DNA of 64,000 bases from Macrostomum lignano. Its lineage: Eukaryota. The position numbers and the translations under genes are program-made. Below, in pieces: positions 8,877-21,135 of the stretch. The notes under the pieces were generated by a model that was not told the origin of the DNA, ran no database searches, and saw only the letters and a program-made list of their open reading frames with translations. The stretch's first letter is position 1, and every line of letters starts with the position of its first letter. Location: contig NIVC01000014.1 of assembly GCA_002269645.1 (NCBI GenBank), forward strand, positions 186,001 to 250,000, in the 5' to 3' direction.

Positions 8877-11800
8877 TTAACTCGGGCCAGACGAATAGCC
8901 GAAACCGGCGCCCCGATGAGCACTCCGAGCCTGAGAATAGGCCTCCTCAAGCCGGTGAAACATGGCGTCCTGCCTTCGGCGAGCAACTTCGGGTAATTCG
9001 CCAGTTCCATCCTTGGACTCCTTGGCTGGTTGGACAGCAGCTCTGTCTGTAGGATTTATTATGAAACAATATTGTCTATATTGGGAATGGGATAGCTTTC
9101 TAAGAAATAACAAGACTGCTTGAATCTCACAACAGGGTGGGACAGAGGATAAGGTAGAGAAGGTTATGAGATGGTGGAGTCAGAGATAGCGAGGGTGAGG
9201 GGAGACAGAGTGAGGGTGAGGGGAGACAGAGTGAGGGTGAGGGGAGACAGAGGGTGAGGGGAGACAGAGTGGGGTGAGGGGAGACAGAGTGGGGTGAGGG
9301 GAGACAGTGGGTGAGGGGAGACAGTGGGGGTGAGGGGAGACAGTGGGGTGAGGGGAGACAGTGGGGTGAGGGAAGACTTGTGGGGGTGAGGGGAGACAGA
9401 GTGAGGGTGAGGGGAGACAGAGTGAGGGTGAGGGGAGACAGAGTGAGGGTGAGGGGAGACAGAGTGAGGGTGAGGGGAGACAGAGTGGGGTGAGGGGGGA
9501 CAGAGTGAGGGTGAGGGGAGACAGTGGGTGAGGGGAGACAGAGTGGGGTGAGGGGAGACAGTGGGGTGAGGGGAGACAGTGGGGTGAGGGGAGACAGAGT
9601 GAGGGTGAGGGGAGACAGAGTGAGGGTGAGGGGAGACAGAGTGAGGGTGAGGGGAGACAGAGTGAGGGTGAGGGGAGACAGAGTGAGGGTGAGGGGAGAC
9701 AGAGTGGGGTGGGGGGACAGAGTGGGGTGAGGGGAGACAGAGTGAGGGTGAGGGGAGACAGAGTGGGGGTGAGGGGAGACAGAGTGAGGGTGAGGGGAGA
9801 CAGAGTGAGGGTGAGGGGAGACAGAGTGGGTGAGGGGGGACAGAGTGAGGGTGAGGGGAGACAGTGGGTGAGGGGAGACAGAGTGGGGTGAGGGGAGACA
9901 GTGGGGTGAGGGGAGACAGTGGGGGTGAGGGGAGACAGAGTGAGGGTGAGGGGAGACAGAGTGAGGGTGAGGGGAGACAGAGTGAGGGTGAGGGGAGACA
10001 GAGTGAGGGTGAGGGGAGACAGAGTGGGGTGAGGGGGACAGAGTGGGGTGAGGGGAGACAGAGTGAGGGTGAGGGGAGACAGAGTGGGGGTGAGGGGAGA
10101 CAGAGTGGGGTGAGGGGAGACAGAGTGGGGGTGAGGGGAGACAGTGGGGGTGAGGGGAGACAGAGTGGGGTGAGGGGAGACAGAGTGAGGGTGAGGGGAG
10201 ACAGAGTGGGGGTGAGGGGAGACAGAGTGGGGTGAGGGGAGACAGAGTGAGGGTGAGGGGAGACAGAGTGAGGGTGAGGGGAGACAGAGTGGGGTGAGGG
10301 GGGACAGAGTGGGGTGAGGGGAGACAGAGTGAGGGTGAGGGGAGACAGAGTGGGGGTGAGGGGAGACAGAGTGGGGGTGAGGGGAGACAGAGTGGGGGTG
10401 AGGGGAGACAGTGGGGGTGAGGGGAGACAGTGGGGTGAGGGGAGACAGTGGGGTGAGGGGAGACAGAGTGAGGGTGAGGGGAGACAGAGTGAGGGTGAGG
10501 GGAGACAGAGTGAGGGTGAGGGGAGACAGAGTGAGGGTGAGGGGAGACAGAGTGAGGGTGAGGGGAGACAGAGTGGGGTGGGGGGACAGAGTGGGGTGAG
10601 GGGAGACAGAGTGAGGGTGAGGGGAGACAGAGTGGGGGTGAGGGGAGACAGAGTGAGGGTGAGGGGAGACAGAGTGAGGGTGAGGGGAGACAGAGTGGGT
10701 GAGGGGGGACAGAGTGAGGGTGAGGGGAGACAGTGGGTGAGGGGAGACAGAGTGGGGTGAGGGGAGACAGTGGGGTGAGGGGAGACAGTGGGGGTGAGGG
10801 GAGACAGAGTGAGGGTGAGGGGAGACAGAGTGAGGGTGAGGGGAGACAGAGTGAGGGTGAGGGGAGACAGAGTGAGGGTGAGGGGAGACAGAGTGGGGTG
10901 AGGGGGACAGAGTGGGGTGAGGGGAGACAGAGTGAGGGTGAGGGGAGACAGAGTGGGGGTGAGGGGAGACAGAGTGGGGGTGAGGGGAGACAGAGTGGGG
11001 GTGAGGGGAGACAGTGGGGGTGAGGGGAGACAGAGTGGGGTGAGGGGAGACAGAGTGAGGGTGAGGGGAGACAGAGTGGGGGTGAGGGGAGACAGAGTGG
11101 GGTGAGGGGAGACAGAGTGAGGGTGAGGGGAGACAGAGTGGGGGTGAGGGGAGACAGAGTGGGGGTGAGGGGGGACAGAGTGGGGGTGAGGGGGGACAGA
11201 GTGGGGGTGAGGGGAGACAGAGTGGGGGTGAGGGGAGACAGAGTGGGGGTGAGGGGGGACAGAGTGGGGGTGAGGGGGACAGAGTGGTGGTGAGGGGAGA
11301 CAGAGTGGGGCTGAGGGGAGACAGAGTGGGGGTGAGGGGGACAGAGTGGGGGTGAGGGGGACAGAGTGGGGTGAGGGGAGACAGAGTGGGGGTGAGGGGA
11401 GACAGAGTGGGGCTGAGGGGAGACAGAGTGGGGGTGAGGGGGACAGAGTGGGGGTGAGGGGAGACAGAGTGGGGCTGAGGGGAGACAGAGTGGGGGTGAG
11501 GGGGACAGAGTGGGGGTGAGGGGGGACAGAGTGGGGTGAGGGGAGACAGAGTGGGGGTGAGGGGAGACAGAGTGGGGCTGAGGGGAGACAGAGTGGGGCT
11601 GAGGGGAGACAGAGTGGGGGTGAGGGGGACAGAGTGGGGGTGAGGGGGGACAGAGTGGGGGTGAGGGGGACAGAGTGGGGCTGAGGGGAGACAGAGTGGG
11701 GGTGAGGGGGACAGAGTGGGGGTGAGGGGGACAGAGTGGGGGTGAGGGGAGACAGAGGAGCAGATAAATAAGGAAGACAGGAGAGGGGGAGACAGAGAGG

Positions 11801-12969
11801 TAGACAGAGGAGAAGACAGGTGAGGCATGCATTTTCACCTTCTCCATCAGACCCGCCGGAAGAAGTGCCGGCCGCACCGGCAGCGCCGCCGCCAAGACCC
11901 ATCAGTTTCCGGAATTTCTCTTCCCTACCGTAGCCGTCATCAACGGCTCCGGCTTGTTGGGCCCAGACTGGCGCGGTGCGTTGGCGATTCTCGCCAGCAC
12001 GAGACCAGAGCTGCCGGCGTTTCTCATCTTGTACAGCGGCGACAGCATTGATCTGGGCGGCTGCGGCGGCGGCGGCTAGCTTAGCGGCAGCCAGAGCGGC
12101 GGCCGGGTTGGCGGCTGGGACTGCGGCAGATGCTGAAGGCTGAGGCTGTTTAGCTTGAACAGGCTTCGCTGCAGAGCTGGTCGAGTCTTGCTTTGATCGG
12201 GTGTCCTGTTGGTGGTAATGGCGAGTGAGAACTAATTACACTCGAAGAGAGTTGGGATAGAACTGGGATCAGTCTACGTGCATTGGGGATTACGGGGACT
12301 TCTTTTAGGATCAGGAATGCATTTTGAGGATCAGAAGAGACCGCCTTGAGGATTACGAATGCATTTTGAGGATCAGGGATCGATTGGGGATCACGAATGC
12401 ATTTTGAGGATCCGGGATCGATTTGGGGATCACGAATGCATTTTGAGGATCAGGAATCGATTTGGGGATCTTAAATACATTTTGAGGATCAGGGGGGTCG
12501 ATTTGGGGATCGCTAATACATTTTGAGGATCAGGGATCGATCAGGAATGCATTTGAGGATCAAAGGATATACCAATATTTGGAAATAAATTTTGGTATTA
12601 GGAGTTCGGGCTGCAAAAGGAGAGCTGATTGGGGATGGTATCTATGAAATGGGATCGAAGACTTGAGTCCAATACTCACACCAGACCGGCGCTCTCTAGA
12701 AGAATCAGAGGACGAACGCGAACGATCTCGCTCTCGCCGTCGCGCAGGCCGTCGCTCGCGACTGTCCCTCCTTCGACGCTCACGATCCCGATTAGAACGT
12801 CGATCGTGTCGATAATGCCGCCCACGACGATCCGACGAGCTTGAACCGAGGATGACCTTGACCTTGACCTTCGTGACTTTGACTGCTTTCTATCTTTGGT
12901 GTCTGCGCTGCGGCCACCGCCGCTGCTGCCAGCACTGCTGCGACTGTGCTCCTGCTTTTCAGTGTCAGC
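8877..12969 (-). CDS. RSRC2: RSRC2-like Arg/Ser-rich protein with C-terminal SMAP-type region; exons 12969-12680, 12205-11839, 9046-8877; start exon not located
   Basis: RS/RD-rich exon, then EKRRQLW...EEKFRKLMGL and RRQDAMFHRLEEAYSQARSAHRGAGFGY, paralleling the RSRC2 KFRKLMG and RSQTH.QRGMGLGF motifs. Intron phases are consistent apart from a 1-nt shortfall in the RS exon. Confidence 0.8.
9192..11757. repeat. G-rich 18-21 bp minisatellite (GGGTGAGGGGAGACAGAGTG), about 2.6 kb, intronic
   Basis: Directly visible; source of the spurious 880-920 aa minus-strand ORFs. Confidence 0.97.
12290..12565. repeat. Degenerate ~38-bp tandem repeat (GGGGATCACGAATGCATTTTGAGGATC core)
   Basis: Repeated AATGCATTTTGAGGATC in an RSRC2-like intron. 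Confidence 0.8.
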
Positions 12970-13269
12970 CTGAAATTAAGAGCCAATAATAAACTGATTG
13001 CTTTGACCAATGCAAGCTACAATATTATATTACCAATAAGCATTTATATCCATTCCACTGTATATGTGTGCCTTGGGGCTGGCCCAAGGGATGTTTAAAT
13101 ACTTTAGAAATTTATTATTTTTAAAGTGAATACGAGTAAAGAGAGGAGAGGAGAGAGGAGAGAAGGGAGAGGAAGGAGAGGAGATTATTACGAGCTAGAG
13201 AAGAGGGCTGGGAAAAGACAAACCTTAAGCAGGCCAGGTTGCTAGTTTGAAGTTGCAAAAGGACCCAAA

Positions 13270-13330
13270 GACCAGATAGGCTTTTTAGGCCATATGTGGC
13301 CTGCAGACTGAAGTTTACCAACCTCTGCTT
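13270..13330. mobile_element. Decayed hAT-type transposon end; a similar relic is at 63960-64000
   Basis: TATGTGGCCTGCAGACTGAAGTTTACCAACCTCTG and TATGTGGCCCATGGGATGGAGCTTGCCCACCCTT resemble the common hAT terminal TATGTGGCCCGCGGGCCG..GTTTGCC.ACCCCTG with CpGs lost. Confidence 0.35.
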
Positions 13331-14331
13331 TGAAAAATTGCTGCCTTACTTTCTTTTTATAGAAAATAAATAGGCTATAACACAGCCACCTACAATACTA
13401 TATATAGCCTCTTCTGATCTATTAGTTTAGTTAAATAAGCTGTCCAAGGCCTTTACTGCCCTTAAATTGTTTAAAGTCTAGACTAGTCTTAGGCCTAGCT
13501 TTTCTTAGCCTGGCTAGGCCCTATATGTACATGTTCTATATAATCTACAAAAGCTTTTTTTTTATTTTATAATACTAGACTAATATATTTTATACTTTCA
13601 ATTTTAAACAACAAGATTTCTAACCCAACAAATAAAATACCAATTAAAACATTGATGCAAATATAGGGGTATTTGTCATAGTATTAGCAGCCTAGTTTGT
13701 TCATATCTAGGCTAGCTCTCATTGAATTTATAAATTAATTTGTAGCACCTATAATTTAATTATAATTAGCTATATGGTTGCACAATATAAATCAAGTCTT
13801 ATGCTATGTTTTCAAACTGCATTTTCAACACTTTGAAGCAATTGAATTCAAAGTCAAAATTTAGCTAGCATTTAGACAATATATAAAAAGCCTAGTATAA
13901 TAAATCTTTATAAGAATCAAAATTCAATTAGTCAGTTTTTTTCTAGCATTCTTATAATGCATTTCAAGTTGAAAAGTCTTATTGATCTTTGCAAAAACAT
14001 GTTTTTTTATATTTAATCTATTGTTTTAGTATTGAACATTTTTTTAGCTAAGATGTATTGTCATAAAAAATTTCAAATTGAATAATGCAAGTTTAAAGAA
14101 AAATGGTTTCTGCTAATTGATCACATGATCACATAGATACCTACCTAATAATAAACCATTTATAATATATTAGATTAGAAGATAAGATAGATAAATATTT
14201 ACAAAAAGTAAAACCCCTAATTTTTAATATTAGGCCTATGTCTATTTTGTAGTGGCCACTTGCTAGTAGCCAGTGGCCTATAATAGAATAAAAGTCACAC
14301 TAAATAGGCCTAAGCAAGCTTAGGTTACTAG

Positions 14332-14626
14332 TGGTAATGGCTAGAGTTCTAGCACTAGAATAGGCAGAACTTGTTTTCTAATGGCTATGGATAGATCTGA
14401 CAGTCTTCTGCAAGCAGTTATCTAATATTAATAATAAAGTCTTTGAACATTAGAAATAAAATCTTAATATCAAGTATCAATATTAAGATTAAGGCCTACT
14501 TGTTAAAAAATTAAAATGTTTCTGCTATAATATAATATACCCATAAATTGCATTATTATTGGAATACCACTGCTAGATAGGTTCTAGCAGAAAATGGGTT
14601 CTAGTGCCAGAACTCTAGCCATTGCT
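14332..14626. mobile_element. Old MITE with terminal inverted repeats
   Basis: 14336-14360 AATGGCTAGAGTTCTAGCACTAGAA matches the reverse complement of 14599-14623 at 24/25. Flanking direct repeat GTTACTAG at 14324 and 14627. Confidence 0.7.
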
Positions 14627-15859
14627 GTTACTAGCATACAATACAACTATATTAATGTAATATATAATATAATTATAGCTAAGAATTTATTCATATAATA
14701 ATTAAATATACTGTGTGTCTATGTTATACATTTAAAAATAGATGGATCTTGTTGCCAAACCACAAGCTAGCCAGCTAGGCCAAGCCTATAATAAATAACC
14801 TAGCCCTAGACTAGTAGGCCTATCTAGGCTTACAACAAAGCAAGGATATTCTCTAGAGCGTAGGCCTATTCACTTCACTATTGATAAATGATCCATTGTT
14901 CCAAGCCAATGGCAATCTAGGCCTAGTGTAGGCCTAGTACCTGCAAAAAGACACATTGAAACATGCCACATAGACAAAAAGGTTTTTTATTAGGCACATA
15001 AATTTGCCACACTGCCTACGGTCCTACGGACACTCGAACACATACACATGCTGTATCAGCGTCAGCGCATGAGGCTCCTGTCTAGCTATACTACGAGGTA
15101 CGAGCGAGCTATTAAAATTCGTTAAGGTGTTATTATTTGGGTTATTTGTATTGTATTTGTTTCTTTCTAGGGGCTATGCAATAGATCACTTTCATTAGCT
15201 AGCGAAGTTATTAAAAATTATTTTGAAGATAAAAAAGAGCTAGTTGATATTTTAACTTGTTCAATATCCCATTCTGTCACAAACTATTGTTAACTAAAAT
15301 TTTCGAAAACTCTTGAAGGCGCGAATTCAAAATTTGAAGATTTTAATTAATGATCTGCGGTATACTATTGAACACGTACGTGACTTTCTAGTAATTATAT
15401 TGGTAGTAATAATTGCAAAACAGAGTCCAAAAGTTTAGAAAGTCGCAGTCTCGTTCATATTTTTGGCGCTTTGAAACAAACACTTAAGAATTATTTTATG
15501 CGAAGATTTATATTAGGATATAAATTAATATTTAGTTCCTTGTTGCTATTTTACCAGCATTTATGTGTTTAAAATAGGAGCTCAAAGTAGAAGAAATCTG
15601 CTAATATGTTTATCAGATTGTTTTATGACTTATTTGCCATAGTTAGCCTTCAATCGAGTTTGCATTTTGACATTTAGGCGCTATATCATCCAATAGTATT
15701 TAGAGTTGTATTTACTCAAATTTAGTTAATGTAAGTATATAGACTTCTAAGTATTAGCTAAAACGCATGACATAAAAATATTCAGCTTCATTTACACAAT
15801 AATTCCTGCTGCAAAATTTTCTTTGCCAATACTATACGTTTATGGTGTGTCATGTGGGG

Positions 15860-17320
15860 ATAGCTCACAGACGTGGGACCGCGATGTCATCATCTCCCAG
15901 GCAAGACAGCCATGACAGCGACCAAGGCTAGTGCTTCCAGGGACGAGCTGTAGCGCATCCACGCTCAGCGGACTGAAGTCTTTAGCAAAGAGGCTGTGAG
16001 CAAAATCAAATTCGCCACTAACGACAGCCGCCAGCCGCCATAGTGCTGCCTTGAGGGCCCCCGTCGGCACTGATTCTGATTCCACGAAGCCTGAAAGCTG
16101 GCCCACGAGGTTCTCAACGCGCCCGCTCCAACTGCGCCTCTTCTGCCCATCCCAGACTTTGCTCCAGCCCAGCCAGGCGCCTTCAACACCGGTTTCATCC
16201 AGCAGGCGAGGTTGGCTGAGCACTGAGTACTGCAAGCTGATGCCGCCGCTGGGATGGACGCCATCGCTCCAAGGGATCCTGAAGCTGCCTGAGCTCACCC
16301 CAATCCCCACCAGACTGCTGAACAAGCACTGCAGCTTTGGAGGCAACGAGACCGCCTCAGCTCCTCAGCAATGGCGCACCTCCAAGATTGTCTCCATCAG
16401 CCTGGAAAGCCAGCGGGGCATCGTGCTATAATGCACAACGCCGAAGCCGCTAAACGTGATTCTGGCAACCGCCTCCTTCCCAGCCCTAACCCGCTGCTGC
16501 TGAGCTTCCAAAGCGGGCTTCCGCCTTGACAGGTCCACCATCGAGCAGGTTACCACCATCCGCTCTGTCATAGAGGCCTGCAAGACCCGCCAGCGCTCCG
16601 TGTCAATCGTCTTTGTCGAGTTCCGCAAGGCACTTTCCAGCTGCTACATAGCGCGCTCTCACAAGGCTCTGCGACGTGGGCGCCGCGACCTGGGCGCCCC
16701 GTGTTGGGCTGCTGGTGAATGCTCGCAAGACGGAGGCGCTGCACGTGGGCACAAATACCGCCCAACTCGCACGCTGCCAATGGAGACGGCATCGCGGTGT
16801 GCCAGGCACCCTGGTGATGAACCGCTATGCCATTGTCTCCGACAGGAGGACTCAGGCCTGTGGCGCGCCAAGCACCTCTTCAGGAACGTCTTTAATTCAG
16901 CTGTCAAAGACAATCTGATGGTGCGCCTGTTCCACGCGTCCATAGTGCCGATCCTCCTGTACGGCATGGGGATGCGAGAGCGAGCCCTGGACGCGCTCTA
17001 CCGATCGTTGCTGCGCTACACGGTGGGCGTGCATTACCCGGAGCGCCTGCCGCTCTGATGACCCGCCTTGGAGCTCCGCCCCAGATGCTGCTGGGCCACT
17101 GCCTACGGACCCTGGACCGTGGTGCGCCCGTCCCTCTGACCCTGGCCGACCGAGCAACTGCGCCGAGGCCAGACCTGCACTGCCACTCTGACGGACTGCC
17201 TCATTGCTGACTTGCAGGCGCTTGCACTGACCCCTCAGGCTGCTGCTGCCTGCCCCTCCTGCCTGTTCTGCAAACACGTGCGCGTAAGGGGTCTCCTCTC
17301 TGGTTTCTTAATAATAATAA
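15860..17320 (+). mobile_element. Internally deleted, frameshifted RTE-like non-LTR retrotransposon fragment
   Basis: RT motifs AGFR.DRSTIEQVTTIRSVIE...IVFVEFRKAL (about 16510-16640), GLLVNARKTE and VRLFHASIVPILLYG; 3' (TAA)n tail at 17309-17320. The QG and YADD motifs are missing. Confidence 0.8.
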
Positions 17321-17561
17321 CAGCTACTCGTTATTTTGCATAAACAATAATCATCTGAATGGCTATTTGTTTCATTGTGTATCAGTTGCAGCAAAGTTTA
17401 CTTTTTATGAGTGTCTCAACATTTTGATCATGATCAACTAATATGAAAATGAATTTTTATACTGAAATTCAATCGATACGCAATGATGTAGACTGGCTAT
17501 AGTACAAACATTCAACCTTTCAGCTGTCAAAAGTACTTTGCCAGCATACTGATACTCAGAC

Positions 17562-20272
17562 ATGGCCGAAGGCAGAAGCGACAGAGACTTTCGAAATTTC
17601 ATGGCCGAGAAGAAGGCAGAACTGGAAAAATTCTATAGTAAACTTGAAACAATGGTTGCGTCAGAACAGGCCAAGAAAGTAATCTCTGACAAAGACAAAA
17701 TGATTGATGTGATACGCGCCCTCCAAGTTCTAATGAATGATCACTATGGGGATATGGAGAGCCTGCAGCTGAACGAACCTCAGCTCGCAAAGCACCGCGA
17801 GCAGGTCAGCCAGCTGATCGCCAAGCGCCCGAAGCTGCTGGAAGGTCTCAGCCGCTTGTGCGTCGAGATCTACAAAGTGCAGGCGGATGCTTGCTTTTGC
17901 AAACCTCAGCTTGAAGCGGTTAACAAAGTTCACTCGTATCTATTATACTTTGTGACAGGAAATTTCCACAACTTATCCGACAGCAGCCTTGAATTCTGTC
18001 TTTCACTGTCTCGAATTGAATTTCTGTTCAATGATTTCGTAAAGCCGATGCTTTCCAATTGGTACGAAAAGCATGACTCAATTAAGGACTGTCGTCATGT
18101 TGTGACAGCTTCCATTGGATTCACGTACAATATGCTTTATCGGAACAATCCGGAAATCTACAAGGTCTTATCAGGCTTGATGGTAGCTGCCCCGGTAATA
18201 CCCTACCTACAAAGCCCCATCCTGCACGTGCAAACTCAGGCGCTGGTGCTAATTGCATTCGCACTGGATGAGACCAAGGCGAGCATGTTCGGAAACGCCA
18301 GAGAAGCGATGGAGTTTCTGGTCAACTGCCTCAGCGAGGCCTTGGATTCTGTTAAAAGAAGAGCCGAAGGATACCACATCTCAGAGCTGACCATCTGTCT
18401 GAACCGTCTGGCACTGAACGATGCAAACAAGCGGCTTTTTGTGCAGTTGAGGCTGCTTCCGGTCCTGCGCAGGATGTGCACCGGCGACCGGGACGACGAT
18501 GTCGTGTCGGCGTTGGACATTCTGTGCACCCTGAGCCACCTGGCCGAGAACCGGCCGCTGATTGAGCAGCAGTTTCTGGACATCCTGGCTAAACTGTTCA
18601 CCAGCTCGCAGCCGAACAGCAAAACTGGCGGACTGCTGCGCAACTATTGCTCGCTGCAGGTCAGTGACGACTGCAGACCGACCGCTGATGCATGGCAGTT
18701 TTGTCTAGTTTTCTCGTTACGCTCGTATAGGATTCTAGCCAATAGGTTGTTAGTTGTAGGCGTAAAGCTTTCATTAAACTTGCTTGACTAACTACTACTA
18801 GCTAAGGTAATCGCTGTGGGTATTCTCACTTTATCAGTGAGTTAATGAAGCGTTGAACGAACAGTTTATTCATTTGCATCTGCATCGAATATATATCTGC
18901 CCTCACTTGACCTTCCATTCGCGACAACGATTAAGGGCCTGGACAGAAACCTCGGCGGTCGAGTTTCAGCAGCCGGCGTCAAAGCTGCTCAGCGAACTCC
19001 GGAGCTGGCGTGCTTCATCGAGGCGTTCAAGAGGCTGCATGCAGATGTGAGAACGTTTACACTGCGCTATTAGATTTATTTCAGTAGCTGAAATAACTTG
19101 GTCCCATGGTTCACAAATTAAAGCGCAGCTTTTGATTAGTTATTAAATGACGGCTTACGCCTTTAGTCCGTAGCTCTTTACCAATACCAAAACACACAAA
19201 AATGTCTAAACTCACTCGCAAACTCAACTGTGAAGGCCGCACCTGAGGCTGTGTCGCCCAATCCACCAAGAAGGCCGCAGCGGCAGCCGTCGCCACCGCC
19301 ACAGCAGTCACCACCGCAGTCGCCGGTCGACGATACACCTGAAATGGACGCCAGCTTTACCACCTGGGACTTTGTTCTCGAGGACAACAAGAAGAAGGTC
19401 ATTGGAGCCGGCGGATTCGGCAAGGTGTTCCAAGCCATCACCGACCGGCACCAGTTTGTAGCCGTCAAGGTCATCAAGCCGCTGATGCAGATGACTCCGG
19501 AGGCGCAGCGGAAAATCTTCGAGATGGAGAGGCGAGCTCTGGAGCTGCTCAGCACCGTCCGACACAGAAACGTAGTTCGTTTCCTCAGAGCCGAAGAGCA
19601 GTCCGGCAAGTACTTCATCTTCTGCGAGCTACTCTCTGGCTGTACTATTGAGCAATTGATGACGCGTCGGGGAACCCCCATCGATGAGGACGGAATTCGC
19701 AAGTTCATCGGACAGGTGCGTTTCTGTGCTGATTAGGCCGATTCCGATGCATTGCTCATGCTTGATGCAGCTCACTCAAGCTTGTCTCACTCTGGCGTTT
19801 GCAGACGTGCTCAGCGCTGTCCCACTTGCACGGTCTGGCCCGCCCGATTCTTCACCGCGACATTAAGTCGTCTAACCTGATGCTGACCTACTCTGGCACG
19901 GTGAAGCTGATCGACTTCGGATTCGCTCGGGAGATCGCCACGTCGCAGATGGTGACTCACCAGCAGTGCGGCACTCCGCACTTCATGGCGCCAGAGATCC
20001 TCACAGCTGAGGACGCTGTGGTGTACACCGCCAAGACCGACGTATGGGCTGTCGGCTGCACTGCGTTCGAGATGGCCACAGGCAGTCCGCCGAATTCCGA
20101 CGTCAGGCAGATGTTCCGCTTGGCGATACTCATCTCCAGCAAGCCCATGCCGGAGCTGCCGGCATCTGTGGCCAGCTCGCTGCGTGACTTCTATCGGGTG
20201 TGCGTTCAGCAGCAGCCCGGAGATAGACCGAGTGCGAGCGAGCTGCTGAGGCACCGGTTTCTGGCTGGTTAG
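17562..20272 (+). CDS. ARM-like helical domain fused to an STE/MAP3K-like Ser/Thr kinase; exons 17562-18659, 18936-19046, 19236-19715, 19805-20272 (about 718 aa)
   Basis: Kinase motifs GAGGFGKV, VAVK, HRDIKSSN, DFG, GTPHFMAPE and DVWAVGC are intact. All three introns are GT-AG and phase 0, but two acceptors (TAAG, GAAG) are weak, so the fusion is less certain than the kinase. Confidence 0.75.
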
Positions 20273-21135
20273 AGTGTTTGACAGTGTGGGATTGGTGCTG
20301 ACTATAGTGTTTGACAGTGTGGGATTGGTGCTGACTAGAGAGTGTTTGACAGTGTGGGATTGGTGCTGACTAGAGAGTGTTTGACAGTGTGGGATTGGTG
20401 CTGACTAGAGAGTGTTTGACAGTGTGGGATTGGTGCTGACTAGAGAGTGTTTGACAGTGTGGGATTGGTGCTGACTAGAGAGTGTTTGACAGTGTGGGAT
20501 TGGTGCTGACTAGAGAGTGTTTGACAGTGTGGGATTGGTGCTGACTAGAGAGTGTTTGACAGTGTGGGATCGGTGCTGACTAGAGAGTGTTTGACAGTGT
20601 GGGATCGGTGCTGACTAGAGAGTGTTTGACAGTGTGGGATTGGTGCTGACTAGAGAGTGTTTGACAGTGTGGGATTGGTGCTGACTAGAGAGTGTTTGAC
20701 AGTGTGGGATCGGTGCTGACTAGAGAGTGTTTGACAGTGTGGGATCGGTGCTGACTAGAGAGTGTTTGACAGTGTGGGATTGGTGCTGACTAGAGAGTGT
20801 TTGACAGTGTGGGATCGGTGCTGACTAGAGAGTGTTTGACAGTGTGGGATCGGTGCTGACTAGAGAGTGTTTGACAGTGTGGGATTGGTGCTGACTAGAG
20901 AGTGTTTGACAGTGTGGGATTGGTGCTGACTAGAGAGTGTTTGACAGTGTGGGATCGGTGCTGACTAGAGAGTGTTTGACAGTGTGGGATCGGTGCTGAC
21001 TAGAGAGTGTTTGACAGTGTGGGATTGGTGCTGACTAGAGAGTGTTTGACAGTGTGGGATCGGTGCTGACTAGAGAGTGTTTGACAGTGTGGGATCGGTG
21101 CTGACTAGAGAGTGTTTGACAGTGTGGGATTGGGG
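20270..21135. repeat. 35-bp minisatellite starting at the kinase stop codon
   Basis: TAGAGAGTGTTTGACAGTGTGGGAT(T/C)GGTGCTGAC, about 24 near-identical copies. Confidence 0.97.

Noticed and set aside
9127-11902. Three 880-920 aa minus-strand ORFs
   Set aside because: They are translations of the C-rich strand of a minisatellite. Only the first ~20 codons of 9164..11902 belong to a real RSRC2-like exon.
15010-15120. CpG-containing island upstream of RSRC2-like as an SL RNA or snRNA gene
   Set aside because: No convincing leader, Sm site or stem-loop pattern; more likely promoter or 5' UTR.
6058-17320. SINE and RTE fragment as a partner pair sharing a 3' tail
   Set aside because: The sense-strand tails differ, (ATT)n versus (TAA)n, and I saw no shared 3' sequence.
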